A stretch of 64,000 nucleotides of DNA from an uncultured Nitrososphaerota archaeon. GTDB lineage: Archaea > Thermoproteota > Nitrososphaeria > Nitrososphaerales > CADDZS01. Positions 38,962 through 49,975 of this stretch are shown in pieces. A program made the position numbers and the translations under genes. The stretch lies in assembly GCA_963799845.1 (NCBI GenBank), contig CAWCYI010000006.1, positions 736,001 through 800,000 of the forward strand, written 5' to 3'. The notes beneath the pieces were generated by a model. The model saw nothing but the letters and a program-made list of their open reading frames with translations. It was not told where the DNA came from and searched no databases. Position 1 is the stretch's first letter; every line of letters begins with the position of its first letter.

Positions 38962-39849
38962 CTATCCTCGGATCCTCTCGTATGCTTTCAAAACGCAATC
39001 GCGAAGAACGATCGGAAGGATCGCCATCTTGTACTCGCTCGACCCGTGAACGGACGGGAAGAGTTTTTCCTTTTCGAAAGCGTCCTCGGCAGCTTCCATG
39101 ATCGCCTTTTCGTCAACCTGTTTCCCCAGAAGCTTCTTCTCAAATGCCGAGGCGCGAAGCGGTACTCTCTTTATTCCGCCGAGAAAGACCTTGATGGAGG
39201 ATAGCTTACCGTCACCCTTGGTGGAGAGAGATACCGCCGCATTGATCAGGTTAAAGTCGTAAGCGGTCCTCCCGATTTTTACGAAGGCAGATTTCTCCTC
39301 AGATTTTTTCGGAAGCAGTACTTCCTTTACGATTTCACCGTACTTTAATTTCGTCAAGAACGCGTCGATGTAAAAATTCTCAAGATTGGTTGAATACTCG
39401 GTGCCTTCCGGATTTAACACCCTGAGCGAAGCCCCGCACGCAAGAAGTGCGGTCGGAAGATCGACGATCGGAACGGAGATGCAGACCTCTCCTCCAATTG
39501 TTGCCACATTTCTGATCTGGATCGGACGTATCTCTCTGAGAGCATCGCCTATAGCCTCCAGCCCCATCCTCTCACCAACTCCTGATTCGAGCAAGTTCTG
39601 AAGTCTGGTTGTTGCGCCGATCGTCACGCTAGCCTTCTCGTCTTTGATGTAATCAAGGCCGAGCTTCATTATCGAAACGACATGCTTTACTTCCGGAATG
39701 TATCCCCTCCTCGCCAGTTCATAAAAACCGGTTCCGCCGGCTATGATGTGGGCGTGTTTTCCCTCGCTCTTCAGCTTGCCAAGCGCTTCCTCCTTTTTGT
39801 CGGTCAGGAGAAAGTCCCTGGTTCGAAATACCGCCAAGCTCAGATTCAA
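38962..39849 (-). CDS. Molybdenum hydroxylase FAD subunit (CoxM/CutM)
   Basis: IAGGT, IGATT, QIRNVATIGG, L..GEIV, GSSEYK. Confidence 0.92.
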   Translation of the reverse strand: MNLSLAVFRTRDFLLTDKKEEALGKLKSEGKHAHIIAGGTGFYELARRGYIPEVKHVVSIMKLGLDYIKDEKASVTIGATTRLQNLLESGVGERMGLEAIGDALREIRPIQIRNVATIGGEVCISVPIVDLPTALLACGASLRVLNPEGTEYSTNLENFYIDAFLTKLKYGEIVKEVLLPKKSEEKSAFVKIGRTAYDFNLINAAVSLSTKGDGKLSSIKVFLGGIKRVPLRASAFEKKLLGKQVDEKAIMEAAEDAFEKEKLFPSVHGSSEYKMAILPIVLRDCVLKAYERIRG

Positions 39850-39889
39850 GTCCAGTCGAGTGACTTATTTTCAAACCATCTAGAATGGT

Positions 39890-40891
39890 CTACTTTTCGA
39901 AGATCCATTCTCCATCTCTTATGATCGTCTTTCCGTCAATTTCCACAGTTGGATATCTCACGGTCGCGTCGAGATGCCACTTTGAAACATTCTTTCCGCC
40001 CGGGTATGCGTGATGGTTATCACCGAGGGCGAAATGGACAGTGCCTAGTTTTCCCTTCTCAGACAGAGTTCCAAATTTCACGAGATGCCCTGAACCAAGA
40101 GAAAATTCAGCAACGACGTTCGAGCCTTCGTCAGCCGCAGCTAGGACGCTCTTCAATTTTTCAGCTTCCTCTCCGCCCGTCACTTCGTAGGCCCTGCCGT
40201 TTTTTGCCTTTACAGTTATGTAGTTCTTGACTCCGTTTGGAGCAACGACGTTCATCACGCCGTCCATGACGATCTGGCCGTTTGCGCTGTCTTCGATCGC
40301 GGCGTAGGCAACCTCGCCCCAGAGAGGCATCGGCCCCATCATCACCCCTTTCTGCCTGACCGGCGTTACCTTGAGCGGCGGCCTGCCTTTTATTGAAAGA
40401 GCGATGTCGGTCCCCTGTTTTGAAGTAACGTGAATTTTATCCGCACCTTTGAAAATATCAATCAACGTGTCCGTTCTTTTCTCCACTTTGTCGATGTCTC
40501 CGTCAGTCAGACCCCAAGACCCCAGACCTTCTTCAACCGAAGCAATCCTCGCCTGGTTATCAACTGTCTCGCGAACAGTCGTCGTATGGGCAAATCTATG
40601 CGCATAGTCGATCTCTGTTTTGATTATGATTACATCTGAATTTTTCACCGCCGCACTCACGTGTTTCGGAGGCTCCGGTATTCCGGGAATCAGCAGTCCC
40701 TCAGCCACAATTGAGGAGATGTCCATCAGCGCGACATCCGCTCCGACCGAGTTTGCCGCTGCCGCGAGAGCCTGGGCTTCTATCTCGTGATTACCATCGG
40801 CAAGCACCAGAACGCTTTCCCCCGGCTGTACCCGGTATCCCTTTCTAACGCATATCAGCGCCTCCTTCTCGGCGGTAATGAAAGAATGCAT
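39890..40891 (-). CDS. M29/aminopeptidase-T-like (NicX-like) metalloprotein
   Basis: VQPGESVLVLAD, GTDI.LSI.GR, GEV, ANGQIVMDG, AEFSLG, EK..GTVHFALGDN, HLD. Confidence 0.8.
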   Translation of the reverse strand: MHSFITAEKEALICVRKGYRVQPGESVLVLADGNHEIEAQALAAAANSVGADVALMDISSIVAEGLLIPGIPEPPKHVSAAVKNSDVIIIKTEIDYAHRFAHTTTVRETVDNQARIASVEEGLGSWGLTDGDIDKVEKRTDTLIDIFKGADKIHVTSKQGTDIALSIKGRPPLKVTPVRQKGVMMGPMPLWGEVAYAAIEDSANGQIVMDGVMNVVAPNGVKNYITVKAKNGRAYEVTGGEEAEKLKSVLAAADEGSNVVAEFSLGSGHLVKFGTLSEKGKLGTVHFALGDNHHAYPGGKNVSKWHLDATVRYPTVEIDGKTIIRDGEWIFEK

Positions 40892-41094
40892 ATTGATTTT
40901 GATCTATGAGGAATTTTAGAAAAATCTTTGTGTCATACCTCTTTTACTTTCAAAGAAAGAGTTCGGACAGTTCACGTGACGCTGGCAAAGCACCTATATT
41001 CGAATTGAAAGCAGGCGAAATGTAGGTTCAAAAGTCCTGATTTACGTTCATGCAATTCTTTTTTATCCAAAACTGATTCTAATCGAAACTCGGA

Positions 41095-41842
41095 ATGACG
41101 ATCACATCCGCAAAGCTTTACCCGGGAAAGAAAATCGATCTTCACGCGCACATCGGTAATTTTGGCGGATGGGCGAATGTTTCTTGCACAGACGACCAAT
41201 TAGTTCAATCAATGTTAGACTATAACGTCGAAAAATCTGCAGTTTACTTTACCGACAACGAGCTCGTTAGAAAGGCTGTTCAGAAGTACCCTGACAAACT
41301 GCTCGGGTGTGTCTGGCCGAATCCGCATGAGGAGACCGCGGCGGAAAAAGTAAGGATTGCACTTTCAGAATGGGGTTTCAAAGGAATAAAACTGCACCCG
41401 TTATTCCAAGCTTTTCTTCCAAATGACGACATTGTGCATCCAATCATGGAAGAAGCGCGCAGAGCTAACGTCCCGGTTTTGATTCACACCGGTCACTCTC
41501 CCTTTTCGCTTCCCTGGAGCGTTGGCGAACTGGCGGAGAAATTTCCTGATGTGAAGATTGTAATGCTGCACATGGGGGATGGCCACGGTCTTTACATCCA
41601 AGCTGCAATCAACACTGCCAAGCGTTTGGACAACATCTACCTCGAAACTAGCGCGATGCCCATGGCTACGAAAATCAAGGAGGCGATGGACGTTGTCGGA
41701 AAGGATCGGGTTATGTACGGATCAGATATCCCGTTCGGCAACCCACCGGTTGATATCGCGAAAGCTGACAGCTCTTGAGCTAAGTGACGAAGATTTTGAA
41801 CTGTACTTTTACCGGAACGCGAAAAATCTGTTGAATGTCTAA
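41095..41842 (+). CDS. Amidohydrolase_2 family protein, frameshift at ~41762
   Basis: IDLHAH, GIKLHP, IHTG, LHMG, YLETS, MYGSDIP; C-terminal LS.ED.E..F..NA..LL lies in the +1 frame. Confidence 0.88.
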
Positions 41843-41846
41843 CAGA

Positions 41847-43556
41847 CTACTCTGGGGGAATCTCGGCGAAAGAGAGGGAGAGGTCTATCTTCTGACTTCT
41901 CCTGATTCCGTATGCGATCCAGTATACCAAGAAGCATGCAACGAAGATTCCGACGACAAATTCAAGGGATGTCGAAGTATAGAACGAGAGGAATCCCAGA
42001 GCTGGCCCGTTGATAAAGATGTAGGCGATGAACAGGTTTACGATCAGAGCCAGAATTCCAGCTATTGTAAGAATAGGGAATCCCCCGATTTTATATTTGG
42101 CCGCAGGTGATGCTTCATAAATTTGCTTTTTCCTAAATGGAAATAGAATCGCGGTTACGCTGATCAGAATGTAAGCTATTTGCGTTGCAAGTCCAGCGGT
42201 ATCGAAGTAGCTAGTTGATGTATACTGGTAAATGATCAAGTACAGAAATGCCTCGCATCCAATCGCGGAAACTATGAGGGCAACTATGGGCGAGTGAGTT
42301 CTCGAGCTCACGTATGCCAGTTTGTCAGGCAGAACACGGTCAAGGGAAGAGGCGAGCATTATTCTCGTCGACGCGAAGTAAACTATGAGTATGACCTGGA
42401 ATATACCAAATGTCGCACCAACCAAAATCAGCGTCCAGACTGTCGCACTGCTGCTGATAGACGCAACTAATGCCGGATAGTAAGGCGTGTAGAGGAATGC
42501 CAGTGGGTTGGTCGAAGGATCGAATGTAGAATACAGGTTGAAGAATGAGTGCAAGAACGGCAGCCCAATCACCGCTTCGAGAAGATACCATAGTGCGAGC
42601 AAAAATACGGCGAAAGTTAGAGCAGATCCGATTTGCATTGTCACTTGAGCTCTAAGATTTCCCGCCCTCTTTATTTCACCCAGATTGTAGATGCTCCAGA
42701 AGGCGTATCCGAAGGACAACCAAATAATGCCGAAGAGAAAAAGAGTATTTTCCAAACTGAAGGATGAGCTATGAAGATTCGCTGTATTGATTATGTACTG
42801 GTAATAACCTCCAGCGGCATTTACGTTCGCCGTACTGATCTGGCTTTGATTTCCCGCGGCGATAAGTGGTGCAGTAAATGAATTCAGGCTTGATACGAAT
42901 GCAGCGTGCGAGGTAGTTGCCAAAACTCCTAGGAGTGTCAGCGCAGAAATTGCACTGCCAGCAAAGAGCAAATACTGCAGTCTGACATAGAACCGAATTC
43001 CCAAAGCTGCAACGGCAAAACCAAGAATTATGATAAGAGTTGTGATCTCAAACACGAGAGTATTGTCGTACTGCCCAAAGCCAGCTGCAAGCTGACCGGC
43101 AAAATTGGCATCACCTGCATTTGTCAATCCCAGAAGAGCAAATAGTGGCTGATATCCAATCGTTGTCATCACCACACCAAGAAAGCTCGCAAAATACCAC
43201 TGCCAAACCGTCCAAGCGGAAAATGTCGAAGCAAATCCGATGGAAGGATGTAGCACCCTGCTCTGCCACACGTAATCGCCTCCAGCTCTAGGCATTGCCG
43301 ATGATAGCATTGAAGTGGAAACATAGAATGGAATCGCCGAGACCGCCATCAGCAAAATTGCGAGTCCGATATTCGCTCCAAGGAAGGAAGAAGTATAGCC
43401 CACGGAAAATAGGGTAGCCCACGTAAACCCGTAAAATCCGATTGCCATGAAATTATAGATGAACGCTTGACTGGTCGAAATCTCGCGGACGAGGCCGGAC
43501 GAGTTTCTCGAAAAAATCTTTTGGGGGGGCTGACTGGGCGGTTGGTTAGATCCCAT
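41847..43556 (-). CDS. APC family amino acid/polyamine permease (paralog of 9494-11089)
   Basis: FSRNSSGLVR, MPRAGGDYVW, LDRVLP, C-terminal EIPPE. Confidence 0.9.
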   Translation of the reverse strand: MGSNQPPSQPPQKIFSRNSSGLVREISTSQAFIYNFMAIGFYGFTWATLFSVGYTSSFLGANIGLAILLMAVSAIPFYVSTSMLSSAMPRAGGDYVWQSRVLHPSIGFASTFSAWTVWQWYFASFLGVVMTTIGYQPLFALLGLTNAGDANFAGQLAAGFGQYDNTLVFEITTLIIILGFAVAALGIRFYVRLQYLLFAGSAISALTLLGVLATTSHAAFVSSLNSFTAPLIAAGNQSQISTANVNAAGGYYQYIINTANLHSSSFSLENTLFLFGIIWLSFGYAFWSIYNLGEIKRAGNLRAQVTMQIGSALTFAVFLLALWYLLEAVIGLPFLHSFFNLYSTFDPSTNPLAFLYTPYYPALVASISSSATVWTLILVGATFGIFQVILIVYFASTRIMLASSLDRVLPDKLAYVSSRTHSPIVALIVSAIGCEAFLYLIIYQYTSTSYFDTAGLATQIAYILISVTAILFPFRKKQIYEASPAAKYKIGGFPILTIAGILALIVNLFIAYIFINGPALGFLSFYTSTSLEFVVGIFVACFLVYWIAYGIRRSQKIDLSLSFAEIPPE

Positions 43557-43623
43557 TTGACGGCTGGGAAGCGCCTAATCTATAAATGCGTTCTTACATG
43601 TTTCACCGATTCATAAGGCAGGC

Positions 43624-44583
43624 CTAACCGGCCACGAACTGGTATGATTTATACCCGGAATCATCGATGTTGACCAACACTCCCCTGAGCACACCTTCGC
43701 CGTATTCGCTACCGGGATTGATACACACTGACTTTCCGATCTTTGTGATGTTTTTAGATTCGTGAATGTGGCCATGCAACCCGAGCATCGGCTGATACTT
43801 TTCTATGGCGGCCCTCACAGCAGTCGAACCCGCTCCAAAAAGTACAATGCCACCGGCATCCATCATGGGCTTCGGCGGATAAACTGAAGCGTCGAGTTTA
43901 GGGCAGGTATCGAGGCCGGAGTTGACCGGCGGACAGTGAAGATTGAATATTGCAGATTTTGGATTTTCCAATAGGGCGATCTTATTCTCAAGCCGTCTCG
44001 CTATTTCTTCTTCTGGGAGGTCCCTTGGACAGTGCCACGGCGTGAGATTTGCAAACCCCCCGGAAATCATCTCGTGCTTCGAATCGATCTTGACGACCTT
44101 GTCCTCCGGCTGAACTATTTTCTTGCTTGCGCGAAGAACATCATCCACACCTTGTTCATCGTCATTTCCAGCGTTGACGTATAGAGGGGTAGTTGCATTC
44201 ATGTCTGCAAAGTCGACCCATTCCGAAAGCCTCTGGAGGACTAGCTCGCTGAATATTTTCTCAGCTCTGAGATGATCCAGTGCGAGTTCGGAAAGCCGAG
44301 AGGCAGATCCAACATACATGTAAGTGCCATTAGTCCTCAGGGTATCTTCGAATCGTTTCAGCTCATCCTTATTTTTCATTACGTGTTTTTGTTCCTGAAA
44401 CTCCGCCCAGTAGGTTCCGTCTGGATTCTCCGTCACGGGAACCACGTTCTTGCCAGTGACATCTCCTCCGATTATCAAAACGTCGGCCTTGTACCGTTCA
44501 GCTCCGCGAATGAATTTTTTCCAGACAGGATCGCTTCCGTGGACGTCGGTCGCAAACAAGATTCTGGTGAAACCGGATCCCAT
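43624..44583 (-). CDS. Icc-like metallophosphoesterase
   Basis: TDVHG, GGD, GNDD, H.PP, GHIHE, NPGS. Confidence 0.9.
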   Translation of the reverse strand: MGSGFTRILFATDVHGSDPVWKKFIRGAERYKADVLIIGGDVTGKNVVPVTENPDGTYWAEFQEQKHVMKNKDELKRFEDTLRTNGTYMYVGSASRLSELALDHLRAEKIFSELVLQRLSEWVDFADMNATTPLYVNAGNDDEQGVDDVLRASKKIVQPEDKVVKIDSKHEMISGGFANLTPWHCPRDLPEEEIARRLENKIALLENPKSAIFNLHCPPVNSGLDTCPKLDASVYPPKPMMDAGGIVLFGAGSTAVRAAIEKYQPMLGLHGHIHESKNITKIGKSVCINPGSEYGEGVLRGVLVNIDDSGYKSYQFVAG

Positions 44584-44700
44584 TTCTCAGATCTACTGAT
44601 TGAGCTCGGAATTAAAAAAGCAAATTGCCGGAAAAACGGTGGGGAGCTAACACTCCATGTCCACGGACTATCTTTGATTTATTCTAGAATAAGAAAAAGC

Positions 44701-46170
44701 GTAACCATTTAGCGTTTTGAAGTAATCGGCCGAAAGCTATTTGGCCAAGATTCTCCATTGAACTTTCCGTAAGCCTTTGTCTTCGATTGACGATGAACCA
44801 AGTAATCTTCCCGAATACTACCAAAGTCAAATCGATGAACTTGAAGAACAAAACAGACTCCTGAAGGAGGAGAATAAACAGCTCAAGGAGGAGCTTGCCT
44901 CCCTCAAGACAACGCTTGGGGCAGTTGTTGCAAGGAGCATAAACGCAAAGAAGGACACTCCCGCGACCTTTACTACAACCACCTCCGATAACAGAAAGTA
45001 CCACAAGAAATCTGGGAGAAGAAAAGGTCACGAAGGCGGGACGAGAAGAAAGCCAGACCACGTTGATCATACGATGGAACTGGATCAAACTGTATGCCCC
45101 AAATGCGGAGGAGTCCTCTCAGAAAAACCTACAGACAAATACGAAAGATTTGTCGAAGATGTCGTTCCCGCAAGATTGGTTGTAACAAGATACGTAATTA
45201 AGAGGAGATATTGCTGCGGATGCAGGAGACAGATCTCTCCTGAAGTGCCCAATGTCCTCAGCAACGAGCGATTCGGGCTCAGACTGATGCTCCTTATAGT
45301 TTCGCTCAAATTGCTGGGGCTGTCGTACGCAAAAATCACCTCACTATTCAAGCTCATCTTCAATCTTGAGATGAGTGAGGCTTCGGTGGAGCACTCTGTG
45401 ATGAAGGTTGCAGAAGCATTCGGTCCGCGTTACAGTGATCTCATCTCAGAAGTGAGAAATGAAAAGAGTCTGCATGGCGATGAAACAAGCTGGAGGATCA
45501 AGGGAAAGAACCACTGGCTCTGGACGTTTGTGGGCAAATGGTCGGTTATCTACGAGGTGGCAAGATCTCGAGGCAGCGAGGTTCCCATAAAGGTACTTGG
45601 TAGAGACTACGCTGGGACCGTGATAAGCGATTCATGGCCGGCATGGAACTACGTTGGAACAAAACATCAGAGATGCCTTCTGCACTACCTCCGTGATATA
45701 GAAGACACCCAGATCTATAAGAGACCGGGAAAAGAATTCACACCGTTTTCAAAGAAACTCAAACGCATACTGAATGACGCGATAAAAGTTGGAAAGAGCG
45801 TGAATGGAAAGAGGGATCGCCTAAGAGCCAAGAAGAGGTTTGAAGCGAGGGTCGAGAAAATTAACGCATCGTATTCGACCGTGGATGAGACAAACTGCAT
45901 GCGGTTTGTCAAGCGTCTGAGAAGAGAGAAGGGAATGCTGTTCACGTTCCTTGAAGAGCTTGGAGTTGACTGGAACAACAATACAGCGGAGAGAGCAATA
46001 AGACCAAGCGTTGTCATTAGAAAGATAACCTACGGCAACCAATCGATGGAAGGAGCAGATGCACACAAAGTGTTGATGAGCGTGAAAGAGACGTGCAGGC
46101 TGAGAGGATTGAACTTTTACGATTATGCCATGAACTATCTAAATCCAGCTTCAAAAAGCTAAACGGTTAC
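44701..46170 (+). mobile_element. IS66-family element (single ORF, ISBst12-like), 1470 bp
   Basis: 22-bp TIRs GTAACCATTTAGCGTTTTGAAG and CTTCAAAAAGCTAAACGGTTAC (20/22); 8-bp target duplication GAAAAAGC at 44693-44700 and 46171-46178. Confidence 0.95.
44777..46162 (+). CDS. IS66 family transposase
   Basis: Leucine zipper, GRRKGHEG, CPKCG..C..C Zn finger, HGDETSW, ISD, HQRCLLHYLR, NNTAERAIR. Confidence 0.95.
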   Translation: MSSIDDEPSNLPEYYQSQIDELEEQNRLLKEENKQLKEELASLKTTLGAVVARSINAKKDTPATFTTTTSDNRKYHKKSGRRKGHEGGTRRKPDHVDHTMELDQTVCPKCGGVLSEKPTDKYERFVEDVVPARLVVTRYVIKRRYCCGCRRQISPEVPNVLSNERFGLRLMLLIVSLKLLGLSYAKITSLFKLIFNLEMSEASVEHSVMKVAEAFGPRYSDLISEVRNEKSLHGDETSWRIKGKNHWLWTFVGKWSVIYEVARSRGSEVPIKVLGRDYAGTVISDSWPAWNYVGTKHQRCLLHYLRDIEDTQIYKRPGKEFTPFSKKLKRILNDAIKVGKSVNGKRDRLRAKKRFEARVEKINASYSTVDETNCMRFVKRLRREKGMLFTFLEELGVDWNNNTAERAIRPSVVIRKITYGNQSMEGADAHKVLMSVKETCRLRGLNFYDYAMNYLNPASKS

Positions 46171-46447
46171 GAAAAAGCTAATTTCCAGTTGTATCTCTGC
46201 CCATTCTCTCTGGTGCTTTTAATAGCAGTTCCCATTGATTCATAAAGAAAAAAATTTTCTGCGTTTCTACACACGTGAGCGCTTTTTGGCCGAAGAGCTA
46301 CGTTCAAGCTCTGTTCAATTCGGACAGCTCGTTTCAAGCTCTTCCGGCAATACAGAGCTCGAAACGCCGAGTTTCGATCTTGCCTTCATTGCGATCTTCC
46401 AATAGAAATTGAGTCAGTTATAGCGCCATTATCGCAGTTGAATCGCT

Positions 46448-46471
46448 ATTGTAAAATTGTTATTTTACAAT
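46448..46471. promoter_or_regulatory. Palindromic operator candidate
   Basis: Perfect ATTGTAAAAT-N4-ATTTTACAAT just upstream of a TTAAATAAA box. Confidence 0.45.
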
Positions 46472-46530
46472 GAGATCATTCAATCTTAAATAAACTGGAA
46501 AAAAACAAGGATGCAAAGAGCAGTCATAGA

Positions 46531-47516
46531 ATGGGCGTTTCAAGAAAAGGTCGTGGCGGTTTGCCCAAGCATGATGAAAAAATTGCTGTTGTTGGCTCCG
46601 GCTTGATGGGAAGGGGAATCGGCCAGTCGTTTGCTTCTGCCGGATATCGCGTTACGCTGATTGATCTCAACCAAAAGATTCTCGATTTTGCGTTACAGCA
46701 GATCAGTGCATCCCTGAAAGTGATGGAAAAAGCCGGATTACTGAACGAAACTAGGGAGACTGTTCTTTCTCGTATTTCCACGGAACCAGTCTTGTCAAAT
46801 GGTGTTTCTGATTCTACCTTCGTCATCGAAGCAGTCTTTGAGAATATCGACACAAAGAAAGACGTCTTCAAGAGGGTCGAGGCTTCAGTTAGCCCGGAAA
46901 CGGTAATTTCAAGCAACACGACCGCCATTCCGATTACTTCTCTTGCGAGTGTTACGTCCCGTCCCGAACGCGTTGTTGGTGCTCATTTCTGGAATCCTCC
47001 GCAGCTGATGCGTGCAGTCGAAGTCACGAAGGGAGAAAAAACGAGCCCCGAAACTGTAGAAAAGATGGTATCGATCCTCAAGAATGCCGGAAAGAAACCG
47101 GCTGTAGTGAACAAAGATGTCCCGGGGCAGATCGGAATAAGAATACTTTACGCGATGATCAGGGAGGCGACGTGGCTTGTTGAAAACGGGGTAGCTTCGG
47201 CTGAGGATGTTGACAACGTCATCAAAGAGGCGCTGGGAACGAGACTTGAAGTCGTCGGCCCTCTGGAACTTTCAGATCTTTCTGGAATCGATCTTGTTGA
47301 GAAAGTTGCAAAGATCCTCTACAAGTCGCTGGACTCTTCTCAGGGACCACAGGAACTCGTGAAGGACATGGTAAAGCGGGGGAGCTTGGCGTAAAATCCG
47401 GAAAGGGATTTTACGACTGGAAGAAAGACCGCAACGTGCAGGAAACGATCAAGTTACGCGACGAACACCTTATCAAAATCTTAAAGGAAAAAAGCGCCAG
47501 CAAAGACTCTTCCTGA
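46531..47516 (+). CDS. 3-hydroxyacyl-CoA dehydrogenase family, frameshift at ~47380
   Basis: GSGLMG.GI, EAVFE, SSNT, HFWNPP, VEV; GELGVKSGKGFYDW is recovered by adding one G to a G5 run. Confidence 0.9.
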
Positions 47517-47537
47517 GTAACGGTAGAATTCTTCCCG

Positions 47538-49922
47538 ATGTCCCAGCAGACTGTTCTTGAAGAAAACCAGGCTGATCTGGCCGTCATCGGCAAATCCGTT
47601 CCGCGCGTTGATGGGCGGGAGAAGGTTACAGGTATCGCAGTTTTCGCGTACGATATGGAACTGCCGAGGATGCTTTACGGCAAGATTCACAGGTCACGGA
47701 TTGCTCACGCAGAAATCCTCTCTATTAACAAGGAGAAGGCCCTGCGGGTACCTGGAGTCCGCGCAGTTGTTACAGGTCAGGAAGTATCCCAGGGTCTTCG
47801 AGGGAGGGGCCTGCTGGATACGCCGATTCTTGCCCACGGCAAAGTAAGGTATGTCGGCGAGCCGATAGCTGCTGTCGCGGCGGAGACTCTCGAAGCCGCC
47901 GAAGAGGCGTGCGACCTGATTGAAGTGGAGTACAGGGAGCTCCAATCTATTTTCGATCCCGAAAAATCGATGGAGCAAAACCCGGAGGTTGTGATCCACC
48001 CGGACATCGGCAAGTACCAGCGCCTCAAGGCTCAGATATACAAGGCGGTTTCAGATCCCGCGAGGCCGAACATTACAAACTACTTCAAGGTCAGGCATGG
48101 AAACATCGACGAAGCATTCGCGCGAGCAGATCTTATCGTCGAAAATCGCTACTCGACCCACATGGTTCAGCACGCTCACATAGAGCCAATTGCGGTCCTC
48201 GCCAGGTTTGAGACCGACGGATCATACACGATTTGGACGTCAGGTCAAAATACCTACAGGACGAGGAGGGAGCTGAGCGACGCCCTAAAGGTTCCGGAGA
48301 CCAAAATCAGGGTCATAGCGCTTCGTCACGTTGGCGGGGGTTTTGGCAACAAGGGAGCGGGTCACATCGAGCCGATAGTCGCCTCGCTGGCAGAGAAGAC
48401 TAGGAGGCCGGTGAAAATCGCGCTTACGAGAGACGAAGTGTTCACCGCGACGAGCGTGCGGCACCCTTCCGTGACCTACGTGAAAGATGCGGTCAAGAAG
48501 GATGGCACAATCCTCGGCAGGCAGATAAAGCTGATCTACAACGGCGGAGCGTACTCACTTGCAGGGAATGTCGCGGTGGGAAACTCCATACACGGCATGA
48601 CCAGTGTATACAGACTGCCCGCCCTGAGGGCCGATATTTACAGGGTCTACACGAATCAGGTCCAGGGGGGAGCGTTCCGAGGCTTCGGTGCGCCGCAGAT
48701 CTATTTTGCCATTGAATCGCAGATGGATCTGGTAGCAGAAAAGCTCGGGATGGATCCGCTGGAATTCCGGAGGATAAACCTGCTCCACGATGGCGAAAAA
48801 ACTGCAATCGGGCACAAGACGACTAACAGCACGATTGAGGAGTGTATGGAAAAAGTCGCAGAGTCTGTCAGGTCAAAGCCACTACCAGAAGTGGATGGAA
48901 AGTGGCACTACGGCACTGGCTACGCGATTTCAAAGGAACAGTGCGACGTCTCGTTTCCGAGCATGGCGTACGTCAGGTTGATCGAGGACGGCTCGATAGA
49001 AGTCTGGACGGCCGCGACAGATCCAGGAGAAGGAATTCACACCGTGCTTTCCCAGATCGCAGCGGAGGAAATGCAGATTCCCGTTGACAAGGTGCGGATG
49101 GTTCTCTCCGATACAGGGCTGACGCCGGTCGGAACCGGAGCGTCCGGTAGCAGGCAGACGTCCCAGATGGGAATGGCCGTCAAACTTGCTGCCCAGGATC
49201 TTAAGAAAAAAATGATTTCTTCCGCCGCGAGGAGGCTCACCATCCGTGAGGACTCGTTATCTTTCGTGAAAGGAGAAATCGTTGTCATTGGGGGAGTAGA
49301 TGGTGCAAGAAAATCTCTTCCCTATAGCGAGATTTTCCGTCCCGGTCCGATGGGCGGTGCCTTCGTCCCTGAGGAAGGGACCCTGATGGGCAAGGCTTTC
49401 TGGATGCCGAAGACTGGAGAGCTGGATCCGGAGACGGGTCAGTCATCAACCGATAGAGCCGTAGCATATTACACACCGGTAGCGCAGGCTGCTCGCGTCG
49501 CAATAAACATAGAGACCGGCGCTCTGAAAATAGTCGAATTCATCGGCTCGATCGACGTGGGAAAGGCGCTGAATCCGCTGAACGTGATCGGGCAGAATGA
49601 GGGCGCGATTGCGATGGGACTGAACGGGGCGATAAACGAAGAGATGGTTCTCGTGAACGGAAGAGTACTAAATCCGGATCTTAAGGACTACAAATTGCAG
49701 AGCATTATGGAGTACTATCCAATCAACTCGATCATACTGGAGAACTTCAATCCGGACGGTCCTTACGGGGCAAGGGGATGTGGGGAGGCCCCGATTAGTC
49801 CGGTCGCTCCGGCCCTTGCCAATGCAGTCTACAATGCGATTGGAATCCGCTTTTTTGATCTTCCGATTACTCCTGAAAAAATACTCTTGGCGCTAAAGTC
49901 TCGCGGGAACGGAAAGCGTTAA
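47538..49922 (+). CDS. Xanthine dehydrogenase-family molybdopterin large subunit
   Basis: R.DG..KVTG, VRYVGEP, VGGGFG.K, AFRGFG, ASGSRQT, GARGCGE. Confidence 0.93.
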   Translation: MSQQTVLEENQADLAVIGKSVPRVDGREKVTGIAVFAYDMELPRMLYGKIHRSRIAHAEILSINKEKALRVPGVRAVVTGQEVSQGLRGRGLLDTPILAHGKVRYVGEPIAAVAAETLEAAEEACDLIEVEYRELQSIFDPEKSMEQNPEVVIHPDIGKYQRLKAQIYKAVSDPARPNITNYFKVRHGNIDEAFARADLIVENRYSTHMVQHAHIEPIAVLARFETDGSYTIWTSGQNTYRTRRELSDALKVPETKIRVIALRHVGGGFGNKGAGHIEPIVASLAEKTRRPVKIALTRDEVFTATSVRHPSVTYVKDAVKKDGTILGRQIKLIYNGGAYSLAGNVAVGNSIHGMTSVYRLPALRADIYRVYTNQVQGGAFRGFGAPQIYFAIESQMDLVAEKLGMDPLEFRRINLLHDGEKTAIGHKTTNSTIEECMEKVAESVRSKPLPEVDGKWHYGTGYAISKEQCDVSFPSMAYVRLIEDGSIEVWTAATDPGEGIHTVLSQIAAEEMQIPVDKVRMVLSDTGLTPVGTGASGSRQTSQMGMAVKLAAQDLKKKMISSAARRLTIREDSLSFVKGEIVVIGGVDGARKSLPYSEIFRPGPMGGAFVPEEGTLMGKAFWMPKTGELDPETGQSSTDRAVAYYTPVAQAARVAINIETGALKIVEFIGSIDVGKALNPLNVIGQNEGAIAMGLNGAINEEMVLVNGRVLNPDLKDYKLQSIMEYYPINSIILENFNPDGPYGARGCGEAPISPVAPALANAVYNAIGIRFFDLPITPEKILLALKSRGNGKR

Positions 49923-49975
49923 TTCTCAAAATCGAAAACTTTCCGTACGACCATCGGGTAAGGTGCGATTTTATT

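Noticed and set aside
46290-46380. Short repeated AGCT...TTCAAGCTCT units
   Set aside because: There are only two to three degenerate copies, too weak to call a repeat element.
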